Source: an uncultured Planctomycetota bacterium
GTDB taxonomy: Bacteria > Planctomycetota > Planctomycetia > Isosphaerales > Isosphaeraceae
DNA: 64,000 bases
Assembly: GCA_963823665.1 (NCBI GenBank)
Contig: CAWGMQ010000006.1
Location: 1,024,001 to 1,088,000, forward strand
Direction: 5' to 3'
Shown: positions 14,501 to 26,500 of the stretch, in pieces
Position numbering within the stretch: the stretch's first letter is position 1
How the letters are laid out: every line of letters begins with the position of its first letter
Made by a program: the position numbers and the translations under genes
The notes under the pieces: model-generated
Database searches by the model: none
The model's input: the letters and a program-made list of their open reading frames with translations, nothing else
Told to the model about the DNA's origin: nothing

Positions 14501-17500
14501 CCGAGCCGTTCACCAGTGTCTCGGTATCGACGGCGGTCACTCCGTCGTAGAAGGTGACGGTGCCGCCCGGCGTCCCGCTCCCGGGCGCAGCGGCCGTCAC
14601 TGTCGCCTGGAAGCTCACGGACTGGCCGAGGACCGCCGGATTGAGTGAGGTCGAGAGGGCGGTGCCCGTCCCGTCCTGGTTGACGGTCTGAGTGAAGGCG
14701 GTCGACGTGCTGGCGGCGAAGTCGGTGCTGCCGAGATACTGCGCTGTGATGAAGTGGCCGCTCACCGAGAGGGCCGAGGTCGTATACTCGGCCGTGCCGC
14801 CACTGAGAGATTCGGTGTCGATGGGCGTGTTGCCGTCGTAGAAGACCACCTTCCCGGTGGGCGTGCCGCTGCCCGGAGAGACGGTGGCGACGGTCGCGGT
14901 GAACGAGAGCGACTGGCCGTGGACGGTCGGATTGACCGAAGGCGCAGCGCTCGCGGCTGTACTGGCCTGGTTGACTGTGTCGATGAAGGCCGTCGAGGTG
15001 CTGCCGGTGAAGTTACTGTCGCCGCCGTAATGTGCGGTGATCGAATGGCTGCCGATGGCGAGGCCCGATGTCGTGTACGACGCCGCGCCGTTCACGAGCG
15101 TCTCGGTGTCGATCGGGGTGTTGCCGTCGAAGAAGATGACCTGGCCGGCCGGCGTCCCCGCCGCCGGGGGAGTGGCGGAGACACTCGCCGTGAAAGTGAC
15201 GGTCTGGCCGAAGACGGACGGGTTGACCGACGAGCCAACCGTCGTCGTGGCGCTCCCCTGCTTGATGGTCTCGTTGATCGTCGCCGAGGTGCTGCTCGTG
15301 AAGTTGGAGTCACTGCCGTACTGGGCGCTGATCGCGTGGCCGCCCAAGGAAAGCGCCGAAGTCGTGAATGTCGCCGAGCCGTTGACCAGGGTCTCTGTAT
15401 CGACGGCGGTCGCTCCGTCGTAGAAGGTGACGGTGCCGCTCGGCTTCCCGCTCCCGGGCGCGGCGGCCGTCACGGTTGCCTGGAAGCTCACGGCCTGTCC
15501 GAGCACGGCCGGATTGAGTGAGGTCGAGATGGCAGTGCCCGTCCCGTCCCGGTTGACGGTCTGGGTGAAGGCGGTCGAGGTGCTGGCGGCGAAGTCGGTG
15601 CTGCCGAGATACATCGCGGTGATGGAGTGGCCGCTGACGGCGAGGGCCGAGGTCGTATACACGGCCGTGCCGCCACTGAGAGACTCGGTGTCGATGGGCG
15701 TGCTGCCGTCGTAGAACACGACCTGGCCGGTAGGCGTGCCGCTGCCCGGGGAGACGGCGGCGACGGTCGCGGTGAACGAGACCGACTGGCCATGGACGGT
15801 CGGATTGAGCGACGGAGCAGCGCTGGTGGACGTACTGGCCTGGTTGACTGTCTGGACGACGGCCGTGGAGGTGCTGCCGGTGAAGTTGTTGTCGCCGCCG
15901 TATTGCGCGGTGATGGTATGGCCGCCGATGGCGAGGCTCGATGTCGTGTACGACGCCGCGCCGTTCACGAGCGTCCCGGTGTCGATCGGGGTGTTGCCGT
16001 CGAAGAAAATGACATGGCCGGTCGGCATCCCGGCCGCCGGGGGAGTGGCGGAGACACTCGCCGTGAAGGTGACGGTCTGGCCGAAGACAGACGGGTTGAC
16101 CGACGAGCCAATCGTCGTGGTGGCGCTCCCCTGCTTGATGGTCTCGTTGATCGTCGCCGAGGTGCTGCTCGTGAAGTTGGTGTCACTGCCGTACTGGGCG
16201 CTGATCGCGTGGCCGCCCAGGGAAAGCGCCGAGGTCGTGAATGTCGCCGAGCCGTTGACCAGGGTCTCGGTATCGACGGCGGTCGCTCCGTCGTAGAAGG
16301 TGACGGTGCCGCCCGGCGTCCCGCTCCCGGGCGCGGCGGCCGTCACCGTTGCCTGGAAGCTCACGGCCTGGCCGAGCACGGCCGGATTGAGCGAGGTCGA
16401 GATGGCAGTGCCCGTCCCGTCCCGGTTGACGGTCTGGGTGAAGGCGGTCGAAGTGCCGGCGGCGAAATCGGTGCTGCCGAGATACTGCGCGGTGATGGAG
16501 TGGCCGCTGACGGCGAGGGCCGAGGTCGTATACACGGCCGTGCCGCCACTGAGAGACTCGGTGTCGATGGGCGTGCTGCCGTCGTAGAACACGACCTGGC
16601 CGGTAGGCGTGCCGCTGCCCGGGGAGACGGCGGCGACGGTCGCGGTGAACGAGACCGACTGGCCGTGGACGGTCGGATTGAGCGACGGAGCAGCGCTGGT
16701 GGCCGTACTGGCCGGGTTGACTGTCTGGATGAAGGCCTTCGACTTGCTGCCGGTGAAGTTGTTGTCCCCGGAATACTGGGCCGTGATCGAATGGCCGGCC
16801 GCCTCGAGGCTCGACGTTGTGTAGGACGCCGTGCCACCGCTGAGGGTCTCGGTGTCAATGGCGGTGTTGCCATCGTAGAACGTAACCTGCCCGGTCGGTG
16901 TGCCGGCGTCCCGCGCCGCGGATGCGACGGTCGCCGTGAAGGTCTCCGACTGGCCGAAGACGCTCGGGTTGGTCGACGGCGCCACAGCCGTCGTGCTGCC
17001 GACCTGTTTGACGACCTGAGCGAGGTCCGTCGAGTTGCTGCCGCTGAAGTTCATGTCGCCGCTGTACTGGACGACGATCGCGTGCGTGCCCGCCGCGAAG
17101 GCCGACGTCGTGAACGAGGCCGAGCCGTCGGCGAGGGTCTCGGTGTCGATCGGGGTCCCCGCGTCGTAGAAGGTAACGGTGCCGGTCGGAACGAAGCTGG
17201 TCGACACGGCCGGCGTCACGTTCGCGGTGAAGGTGACGGAGTCAGCGTAATTTGAGGGATTCTCCGACGACTGCACCGCGGTCTGCGTCGTCGCTAGCTC
17301 GGACACGGCCACGAGATCCAGCTCGGTGGGGTTGCTGCCCGGGTTGAAGACGGGAGAGAATCCCGCGCACCCCCGAGATACAGGCCAAGCTCCTCGGAGA
17401 AGTCGCCGGCCTCCGAAGCGAACGTGATGACCGGATAGCTGTCTCCAGGCGGTGGCGTATAGCCGTTGATCAGGCTGACGCTGAGCGTTCCGTCGAGCGT

Positions 17501-20500
17501 CGCCACGCCGCTCACAGCGAGCTGGCCGAGCCCGCCCCCGACCGCCAGGCCGCCGACGCCTACCGCGTATGTGCCGCTCGATTCCTGGGTGTAGTTTCCG
17601 GTGACATTCAACGTGCCGGGCGCCAGGTCGATGGTCCCGGCGTTGTCCAGGTCACCGGCCGTGGTGAACGATCCGCCGTCCAGGATGGTCAGGTTTCCGC
17701 CAGGCGCGATCTGCGAAAGCGGCGACAGGCTGCTGAAATCCGCGCCCGCTCCGTCGAGCACAATCGTCGCCGCGTTCGTGGTGATGCTGGCGCCCAGCGA
17801 GATCGAGCTATTAACGTCCACGGTCCACGTCGCGCCGGTCAGCGTGCCGCCCGCGAGGTTCGTCGGCACGGTCGTCATCACCACCGCACCTCCGCCCGTC
17901 GCCTCGACCGTCCCGGCGAAAGTGCTATTACCGACGATCTCGAATGTGCCCCCTTGCACAAGGGTGGTGCCGGTGGACCCCTGGTCGAACACGGCATAGA
18001 CGAGCGAACTGTCGGTAGCCGCGGCGGACTGAACGACGGCACCATCGTTCTGGAAGGTCGTTCCAGTGCCGTCGGAATAGATCCTCGCGTTGGTAAGGAA
18101 AGTGAAGCTGGCACCCGTCTGATTATCGAAGGTGGCGCCGTCGTAGAGCCACAGGCCATAGTAGCTGCTGTTCAGGGTGGCGATGGTGGCGGCGCCCAGG
18201 TTGACCAGGGTGGCGCCGTCGAGAACTTCGACATCGGACTGGTTGGGGTCGCCGAGGGTGAGCGGTCCCTGAGCGGTGAGTGTGCCGCCGCCGGTGATGG
18301 TCCCACCGGTCCAGTCGGTCGAGCCGGTTACGGTGAGGGAGGAGAAGCCGGTCAGCGTGCCACCGCTCATGGAGAGAGCGGCGAAGGTGAAGGACCGGTC
18401 GGCGGCGAGGTTGAGCGACCCGCCGGATACCACGGTGCCCGCGGCGGAGTAGTTTCCGGCATCATTGAAGGTGGCCCTGTTGAAATAGACCGTACCTGCA
18501 CCGCTGATGGTTGATGAGCTGTCGAGGTTGAACGTACCGCCGTCGAACTCGAGGTAGGCGCCTACGTCGGCCGTCATAGTTCCGGTGATCGTACCGCCGC
18601 CCTCGAAGAACACGCCGCCACCCTGCACCTCGGTGCTGCCGGTGGCGCTCTGATTGAATATGGAGTAGATGCCGGAGGCGTTCGTGACCGCGGCCGTCTG
18701 GGTCAACAAACCGTCGTTCTGGAAGGTCGCTCCACTCCCGTCGGAATAGATTCCCGCGCTGGTGAGGTAAGTGAAGCTAGCACCGGTCTGATTGTCGAAG
18801 GTGGCGCCGTCATGGAGCCACAGGCCATAGTAGCTGCTGTTCACGGTGGCGATGGTGGCGGCGCCCGGGTTGACGAGGGTGGCGCCGTCGAGGAGTTCGA
18901 GATCGGACTGGTTGGGGTCGCCGAGAGTGAGGGAACCTCCAGCGGTGAGTGTGCCGCCGCCGGTGATGGTCCCACCGGTCCAGTCGGTCAAACCGGTCAC
19001 GGTGAGGGTGGGGAAGCCGGTGAGCGTGCCGCCGCTCATGGTGAGTGTGGGGATGGTGAAGGACTGGCCAGTGGCTAGATTGAGCGTCCCGCCGGAGATG
19101 TTGAGGCCGGCGCCAAGCTCGGTGATGGTGCCGGTGAGGTTGGCCGTCCCGCCAGAGACGACAGTGCCCGCAGCGGCGCCGTAGCTGCCGGCATCATTGA
19201 CGGTGGCCCTGGTGAAATAGACCGTACCTGCACCGCTGATGGTCGATGAGCTGTCGAGGTTGAACGTACCGCCGTCGAACTGGAGGTAGGCGCCTACGTC
19301 GGCCGTCATAGTTCCGGTGATCGTACCGCCGCCCTCGAAGAACACGCCGCCACCCTGCACCTCGGTGCTGCCGGTGGCGCTCTGATTGAAGATGGCGTAG
19401 ATGCCGGAGCCGTTCGTGACCGCGGCCGTCTGGGTCAACAAGCCGTCGTTCTGGAAGGTCGCTCCACTCCCGTCGGAATAGATTCCCGCGCTGGTGAGGT
19501 AAGTGAAGCTAGCACCGGTCTGATTGTCGAAGGTGGCGCCGTCATGGAGCCACAGGCCATAGTAGCTGCTGTTCACGGTGGCGATGGTGGCGGCGCCCGG
19601 GTTGACGAGGGTGGCGCCGTCGAGGAGTTCGAGATCGGATTGGTTGGGGTCGCCGAGAGTGAGGGAACCTCCAGCGGTGAGTGTGCCGCCGCCGGTGATG
19701 GTCCCGCCGGTCCAGTCGGTCAAACCGGTCACGGTGAGGGTGGGGAAGCCGGTGAGCGTGCCGCCGCTCATGGTGAGTGTGGGGATGGTGAAGGACTGGC
19801 CAGTGGCTAGATTGAGCGTCCCGCCGGAGATGTTGAGGCCGGCGCCAAGCTCGGTGATGGTGCCGGTGAGGTTGGCCGTCCCGCCAGAGACGACAGTGCC
19901 CGCAGCGGCGCCGTAGCTGCCGGCATCATTGACGGTGGCCCTGGTGAAATAGACCGTACCTGCACCGCTGATGGTCGATGAGCTGTCGAGGTTGAACGTA
20001 CCGCCGTCGAACTGGAGGTAGGCGCCTACGTCGGCCGTCATAGTTCCGGTGATCGTACCGCCGCCCTCGAAGAACACGCCGCCACCCTGCACCTCGGTGC
20101 TGCCGGTGGCGCTCTGATTGAAGATGGCGTAGATGCCGGAGCCGTTCGTGACCGCGGCCGTCTGGGTCAACAAGCCGTCGTTCTGGAAGGTCGCTCCACT
20201 CCCGTCGGAATAGATTCCCGCGCTGGTGAGGTAAGTGAAGCTAGCACCGGTCTGATTGTCGAAGGTGGCGCCGTCATGGAGCCACAGGCCATAGTAGCTG
20301 CTGTTCACGGTGGCGATGGTGGCGGCGCCCGGGTTGACGAGGGTGGCGCCGTCGAGGAGTTCGAGATCGGATTGGTTGGGGTCGCCGAGAGTGAGGGAAC
20401 CTCCAGCGGTGAGTGTGCCGCCGCCGGTGATGGTCCCGCCGGTCCAGTCGGTCAAACCGGTCACGGTGAGGGTGGGGAAGCCGGTGAGCGTGCCGCCGCT

Positions 20501-23500
20501 CATGGTGAGTGTGGGGATGGTGAAGGACTGGCCAGTGGCTAGATTGAGCGTCCCGCCGGAGATGTTGAGGCCGGCGCCAAGCTCGGTGATGGTGCCGGTG
20601 AGGTTGGCCGTCCCGCCAGAGACGACAGTGCCCGCGGCGGCGCCGTAGCTGCCGGCATCGTTGACGGTGGCCCTGGTGAAATAGACCGTACCTGCACCGC
20701 TGATGGTCGATGAGCTGTCGAGGTTGAACGTACCGCCGTCGAACTGGAGGTAGGCGCCTAGGTCGGCTGTCATGGTTCCGGTGATCGTACCGCCGCCCTC
20801 GAAGAACACGCCGCCGCCCTTCACTTCGGTGCTGCCGGTGGCGCTCTGATTGAAGATGGCGTAGATGCCGGAGGCGTTCGTGACCGCGGCCGTCTGGGTC
20901 AACAAGCCGTCGTTCTGGAAGGTCGCTCCACTCCCGTCGGAATAGATTCCCGCGCTGGTGAGGTAAGTGAAGCTAGCACCGGTCTGATTGTCGAAGGTGG
21001 CGCCGTCATGGAGCCACAGGCCATAGTAGCTGCTGTTCACGGTGGCGATGGTGGCGGCGCCCGGGTTGACGAGGGTGGCGCCGTCGAGGAGTTCGAGATC
21101 GGATTGGTTGGGGTCGCCGAGAGTGAGGGAACCTCCAGCGGTGAGTGTGCCGCCGCCGGTGATGGTCCCGCCGGTCCAGTCGGTCAAACCGGTCACGGTG
21201 AGGGTGGGGAAGCCGGTGAGCGTGCCGCCGCTCATGGTGAGTGTGGGGATGGTGAAGGACTGGCCAGTGGCTAGATTGAGCGTCCCGCCGGAGATGTTGA
21301 GGCCGGCGCCAAGCTCGGTGATGGTGCCGGTGAGGTTGGCCGTCCCGCCAGAGACGACAGTGCTCGCGGCGGCGCCGTAGCTGCCGGCATCGTTGACGGT
21401 GGCCCTGGTGAAATAGACCGTACCTGCACCGCTGATGGTCGATGAGCTGTCGAGGTTGAACGTACCGCCGTCGAACTGGAGGTAGGCGCTCAGGTCGGCT
21501 GTCATGGTTCCGGTGATCGTACCGCCGCCCTCGAAGAACACGCCGCCGCCCTTCACTTCGGTGCTGCCGGTGGCGCTCTGATTGAAGATGGGGTAGATGC
21601 CGGAAGATTGCGTGACTGCGGCCGCCTGAGTCAACAAACCGCTGTTCTGGAATGTTGCTCCATTCCCGTCGGAATAGATTCGCGCTGGTGAGGAAAGTGA
21701 AGCTGGCACCGGTCTGATTGTCGAAGGTGGCGCCGTCGTAGAGGAACAGGCCGTAGTAGCCGCCGTTCAGGGTGGCGATGGTGGCGGCGCCCGGGTTGAC
21801 GAGAGTGGCGCCGTCGAGTTCCTCGATGTCGTACTGGTTGGGGTCGCCGAGGGTGAGGGAACCCTGAGTAGTGAATGTGCCGCCGCCGGTGATCGTCCCG
21901 CCCGTCCAGTCCGTATGCCCCGAGATCGTCAGGCCGGCGGCCAGGGAGAGCGTCCCGCCGCTCATTGTCAGGTTGCCTGAGTCGGTCGAGTTCGTGGCGA
22001 TCGCCAGCGAGCCGTTCGAGAAGCTCAAGGTTGTCCCGATCGCGACCGTCAGGCTGTAGACCGAGTCTGCCGTATTCGCACCATGCGTGACCGTGATGCC
22101 GCTGATGTTGATCTGCGCACGGTCGTAGTCCGTCGGCACGTGGTGGTCGGTCGGGTCGGCGGCATTGACCCAGTTGCTCGCGGTATCCCAGTCGCCGCTG
22201 CCGGCGTTCGTCCAGATGATGACCTCTGGGGTCACCACCTGGTTGATGACCGGCGACTGGCTCCCGGTGAAATTCGAGTCGCCTGCATACACGACGCTGA
22301 TCGCATGGCCGCCGCCGGCGAGCAAAGAGGTCGTGTACGAAGCCGTGCCCCCGGCCAGGGTCTCGGTGTCGATGGCGGTGGTGCCGTCGTAGAACGTGAC
22401 CGTCCCTCCCGGTGTGCCGTGGGCCGGTGCCGCCGGTGAGAGGGTCGCCTTGAACGTCACCGACCGGCCGCCGATCGAGGGATCAAGCGAGCTCGCGAGG
22501 GACGTCGTGCTCCCGACCCGGTTGACGACCTGATGAAGTGCCGTCGAATTGCTGCTGCTGAAGTTGGAGTCGCCGTTGTACTGGACGATGATCGACTGCT
22601 GGCCGCCCATGAGGACCGACGTCGCGAACGAGGCCGCCCCGTTGACCAGCTTCTCGGTGTCGATTGCGGTCCCGCCGTCGTAGAAGGTGACGGTCCCCGT
22701 CGGGACCAGGCTCGTCGATCCGACCGGGCTCACGTCCGCGGTAAGCGTCACGACATCGCTGTAGTTCGACGGGTTCTCGGACGACTGGACGGTCGTGTTC
22801 GTGCCCGCCGGCTCGGAGACGACCGCCAGGTCGAGCTCCGTAGGGTTTATGCCGGGGTTGAAGATCGGCGTGAAGCCCGAGCCGTCCTCGAATGCGAGGC
22901 CGAAAAGGGCGGAAAAGTCGCCGGCCACCGAGGCGAATGTGAGGATCGGGTAGCTTGCTCCCTGCGCCGGGGCATAGCCATCGATCAGGCTCGCACTGAG
23001 GATCCCATCGAGCGTCGCCTGGCCCGACACGTCGAGTAGGCCGAACTGACTGCCGGCTGCCGGGCCGCCGAAGCTCGAGTCAAATTCGCCCGAGTTCTCC
23101 TCCGTAAAGTTGCCTTGGACGGTCAAGGTGCCTGGCGCCAGGTCGATCGTCCCGGCATTGTCGAGATCCCCGGCGGTCGTGAACGATCCGCCCTCAAGCA
23201 CCTCCAGGCGATCGCCCAATGCGATCTGAGCAAGCGGCGACAAGCTGCTAAAATCGGCGCCAGTCCCGTCAAGCGTGATGGAGGCTGCGTCGGTCGTGAT
23301 GCCCGCTCCGAGCGACATCGAGCAGTTGGCGCCGACAATCCAGATGCCTCCCGTGAGCGTCCCGCCCGCAAGGTTCGTCGGCGGAGACGTCATCACGAGG
23401 GAACCGCCCGACGTTGCCTCGACGATTCCGGCGACCGTAACTGCGCCGCTGAGCTGAAGCGTGCCCGAGGAAACCGCGACCGTGCCGGTGTCAGTGAGCG

Positions 23501-26500
23501 TGATTCCGCCGCCGATGATGCTGTTCCCGGTGCCGCCGGTCTTGCTCAGGGTGCCCTCGTTGAGGAAGGTGCCGCCCGAGGGGCTGCCGCCGTTGCTGTT
23601 GATCGAGGCGTCGGTGATGAAGGCGAAGCTGCCACCTGCCTGGTTGTCGAAGGTGGCGCCCGATGAGAGGTTCAGGCCGTAGCTGGAGCTGTAGCCGGCC
23701 AGAGTGGCGGCCCCGGCGTTCTCGAGAGTGCGCTGGTCGAGGAACTCCTGGTCGCCCGCCTGGTCGCCGAGGGTCATGCCGCCCTCGGCGACGGTCGTCC
23801 CCGTGCCCGACTCGTATCCGCCGACCCAGGTGATCGGTCCGGTGACCGTCAGCGTGCCGGCGCCGGCGAGCGTGCCGCCCGTCTGCGTCAGAGCCCCGGT
23901 ACAGGAGGCGACGCTAAAGTCGACCTCACCGCCGCCGACGAACGTCGTGCCGGAGACGCTGTAGGTGCCGGCCACGGTGACCGTGGCGCCGCTGAAGCTG
24001 ACGGTCCCCGTGCCCGTGCCGGTGATCGACGAGCCGGCCACGGCGGCGAAGGTACCCCCGCCGAAATCGAGGTCGGCGCCGGGGTCGGCCGTCAGCGTGG
24101 AGGCGCCCGAGATGGTCCCGCCCCCGCGGAGGCTAAGGGTGCCCGAGAGGGCCTGGAGCGTGCCGGTGTCAGTGAACGTGATTCCGCCGCCGATGATGCT
24201 GGTCCCGGTGCCGCCGGTCTTGGACAAGGTTCCGTCGTTGACGAACGTGCCGCGATCAGGAGTACCACCTGCATCGCCGATCTCGGCGTCGGTGACGAAG
24301 GCGAAGCTGCCCCCGGCCTGGTTGTCGAAGGTGGCGCCCGATGAGAGGTTCAGGCCGTAGCTGGAGCTGTAGCCGGCCAGAGTAGCGGCCCCGGCGTTCT
24401 CGAGAGTGCGCTGGTCGAGGAACTCCTGGTCGCCCGCCTGGTCGCCGAGGGTCATGCCGCCCTCGGCGACGGTCGTCCCCGTGCCCGACTCGGATCCGCC
24501 GACCCAGGTGATCGGTCCGGTGACCGTCAGCGTGCCGGCGCCGGCGAGCGTGCCGCCCGTCTGCGTCAGCGCCCCGGTAGAGGAGGCGACGCTAAAGTCG
24601 ACCTCACCGCCGCCGACGAACGTCGTGCCGGCGACGCTGTAGGTGCCGGCCACGGTGACCGTGGCGCCGCTGAAGCTGACGGTCCCCGTGCCCGTGCCGG
24701 TGATCGACGAGCCGGCCACGGCGGCGAAGGTACCCCCGCCGAAATCGAGGTCGGCGCCGGGGTCGGCCGTCAGCGTGGAGGCGCCCGAGATGGTCCCGCC
24801 CCCGCGGAGGCTAAGGGTGCCCGTGAGGGCCTGGAGCGTGCCGGTGTCAGTGAACGTGATTCCGCCGCCGATGATGCTGATCCCGGTGCCGCCGGTCTTG
24901 GACAAGGTCCCGTCGTTGACGAACGTGCCGCCATCAGGAGTACCACCTGCATCGCCGATCTCGGCGTCGGTGACGAAGGCGAAGCTGCCCCCGGCCTGGT
25001 TGTCGAAGGTGGCGCCCGATGAGAGGTTCAGGCCGTAGCTGGAGCTGTAGCCGGCCAGAGTAGCGGCCCCGGCGTTCTCGAGAGTGCGCTGGTCGAGGAG
25101 CTCCTGATCGCCCACCTGATCGCCGATGGCCATTCCACCAAGGGCGTCGGTCGTGCCGCTTCCCGCCATCTCGCCGCTCATCCAGGTGGTCAGCCCAGTG
25201 ACGGTCAGCGTGCCGTTGCCGGTGATTGTTCCACCCGTCTGCGTGAGATTCGGCAGGGTCGCGGCGCCGGCGACCGTTGCCGTTCCGCCGGTCAGTCCCA
25301 CCGTGCCCGTGCCGATGACATCGAGCCCGTCCTCCAGCACGAAGGCGCCGGCATCCAGGCTGACGGCGCCGGTGACCGTGACCGTTCCTCCCAGCGCGCC
25401 GCCCCCGCGGAGGCTAAGGATGCCCGAGAGGGCCTGGAGCGAGCCGGTGTCGGTGAACGTGATTCCGCCGCCGATGATGCTGGTCCCGGTGCCGCCGGTC
25501 TTGGAGAAGGTCCCGTCGTTGACGAACGTGCCGCCATCAGGAGTACCACCCGCATCGCCGATCTCGGCGTCGGTGACGAAGGCGAAGCTGCCCCCGGCCT
25601 GGTTGTCGAAGGTGGCGCCCGATGAGAGGTTCAGGCCGTAGCTGGAGCTGTAGCCGGCCAGAGTAGCGGCCCCGGCGTTCTCGAGAGTGCGCTGGTCGAG
25701 GAACTCCTGGTCGCCCACCTGATCGCCGACGGTCATGCCGCCGTCGGCGACGGTCGTCCCCGTGCCCGACTCGGATCCGCCGGCCCAGGTGATCGGTCCG
25801 GTGACCGTCAGCGTGCCGGCCCCGGTGAGCGTGCCGCCCGTCTGCACCAGATCGGGCAAGGTCGCGGCGCCGGCGACGGTCACCGTCCCGCCGGTCAGCC
25901 CCATCGTGCCCGCGCCGCTGACGTCCAGCCCGTCCGCCAGCGTGAAGTCGCCCGCGTCGAGGCTGACGGTGCCAGTGACCGTGTACGTGCCGCCCAGGCT
26001 GCCGCCTCCCCGGAGGCTGAGCGTACCCGTGCCGGCGTTGATCGCGCCCGTGCTGGTCAGCGTGACGCCGCTGCTGATGGTGCTGGTCCCGGTGCCGCCG
26101 GTCTTGCTGAGGGTGCCGGCGTTGATGAAGGTGCCGCCGTCGGGCGTGCCGCCGAAGTCCTGGATCACGGCGTCGGTGATGAAGGCGAAGCTGGCCCCCG
26201 CCTCGTTGTCGATGGTGGCGCCCGAGGAGAGATACAGGCCGTAGCCGGAGCTGTAGCCGGCCAGGGTGGCGGCGCCGGCGTTGTCGAGTGTGCGCTGGTC
26301 GAGGAACTCCTGGTTGCCTAGCTGGTCACCGACGGTCATGCCGCCGTCGGCGACGGTCGTCCCCGTGCCCGACTCGGATCCGCCGGCCCAGGTGATCGGT
26401 CCGGTGACCGTCAGCGTGCCGGCCCCGGTGAGCGTGCCGCCCGTCTGCACCAGATCGGGCAAGGTCGCGGCGCCGGCGACGGTCACCGTCCCGCCGGTCA

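Noticed and set aside
18050..21900. Regular repeats as a possible CRISPR array or mobile element
   Set aside because: Periods are multiples of 3 and fully coding. There are no short repeat-spacer units, cas genes or transposases.
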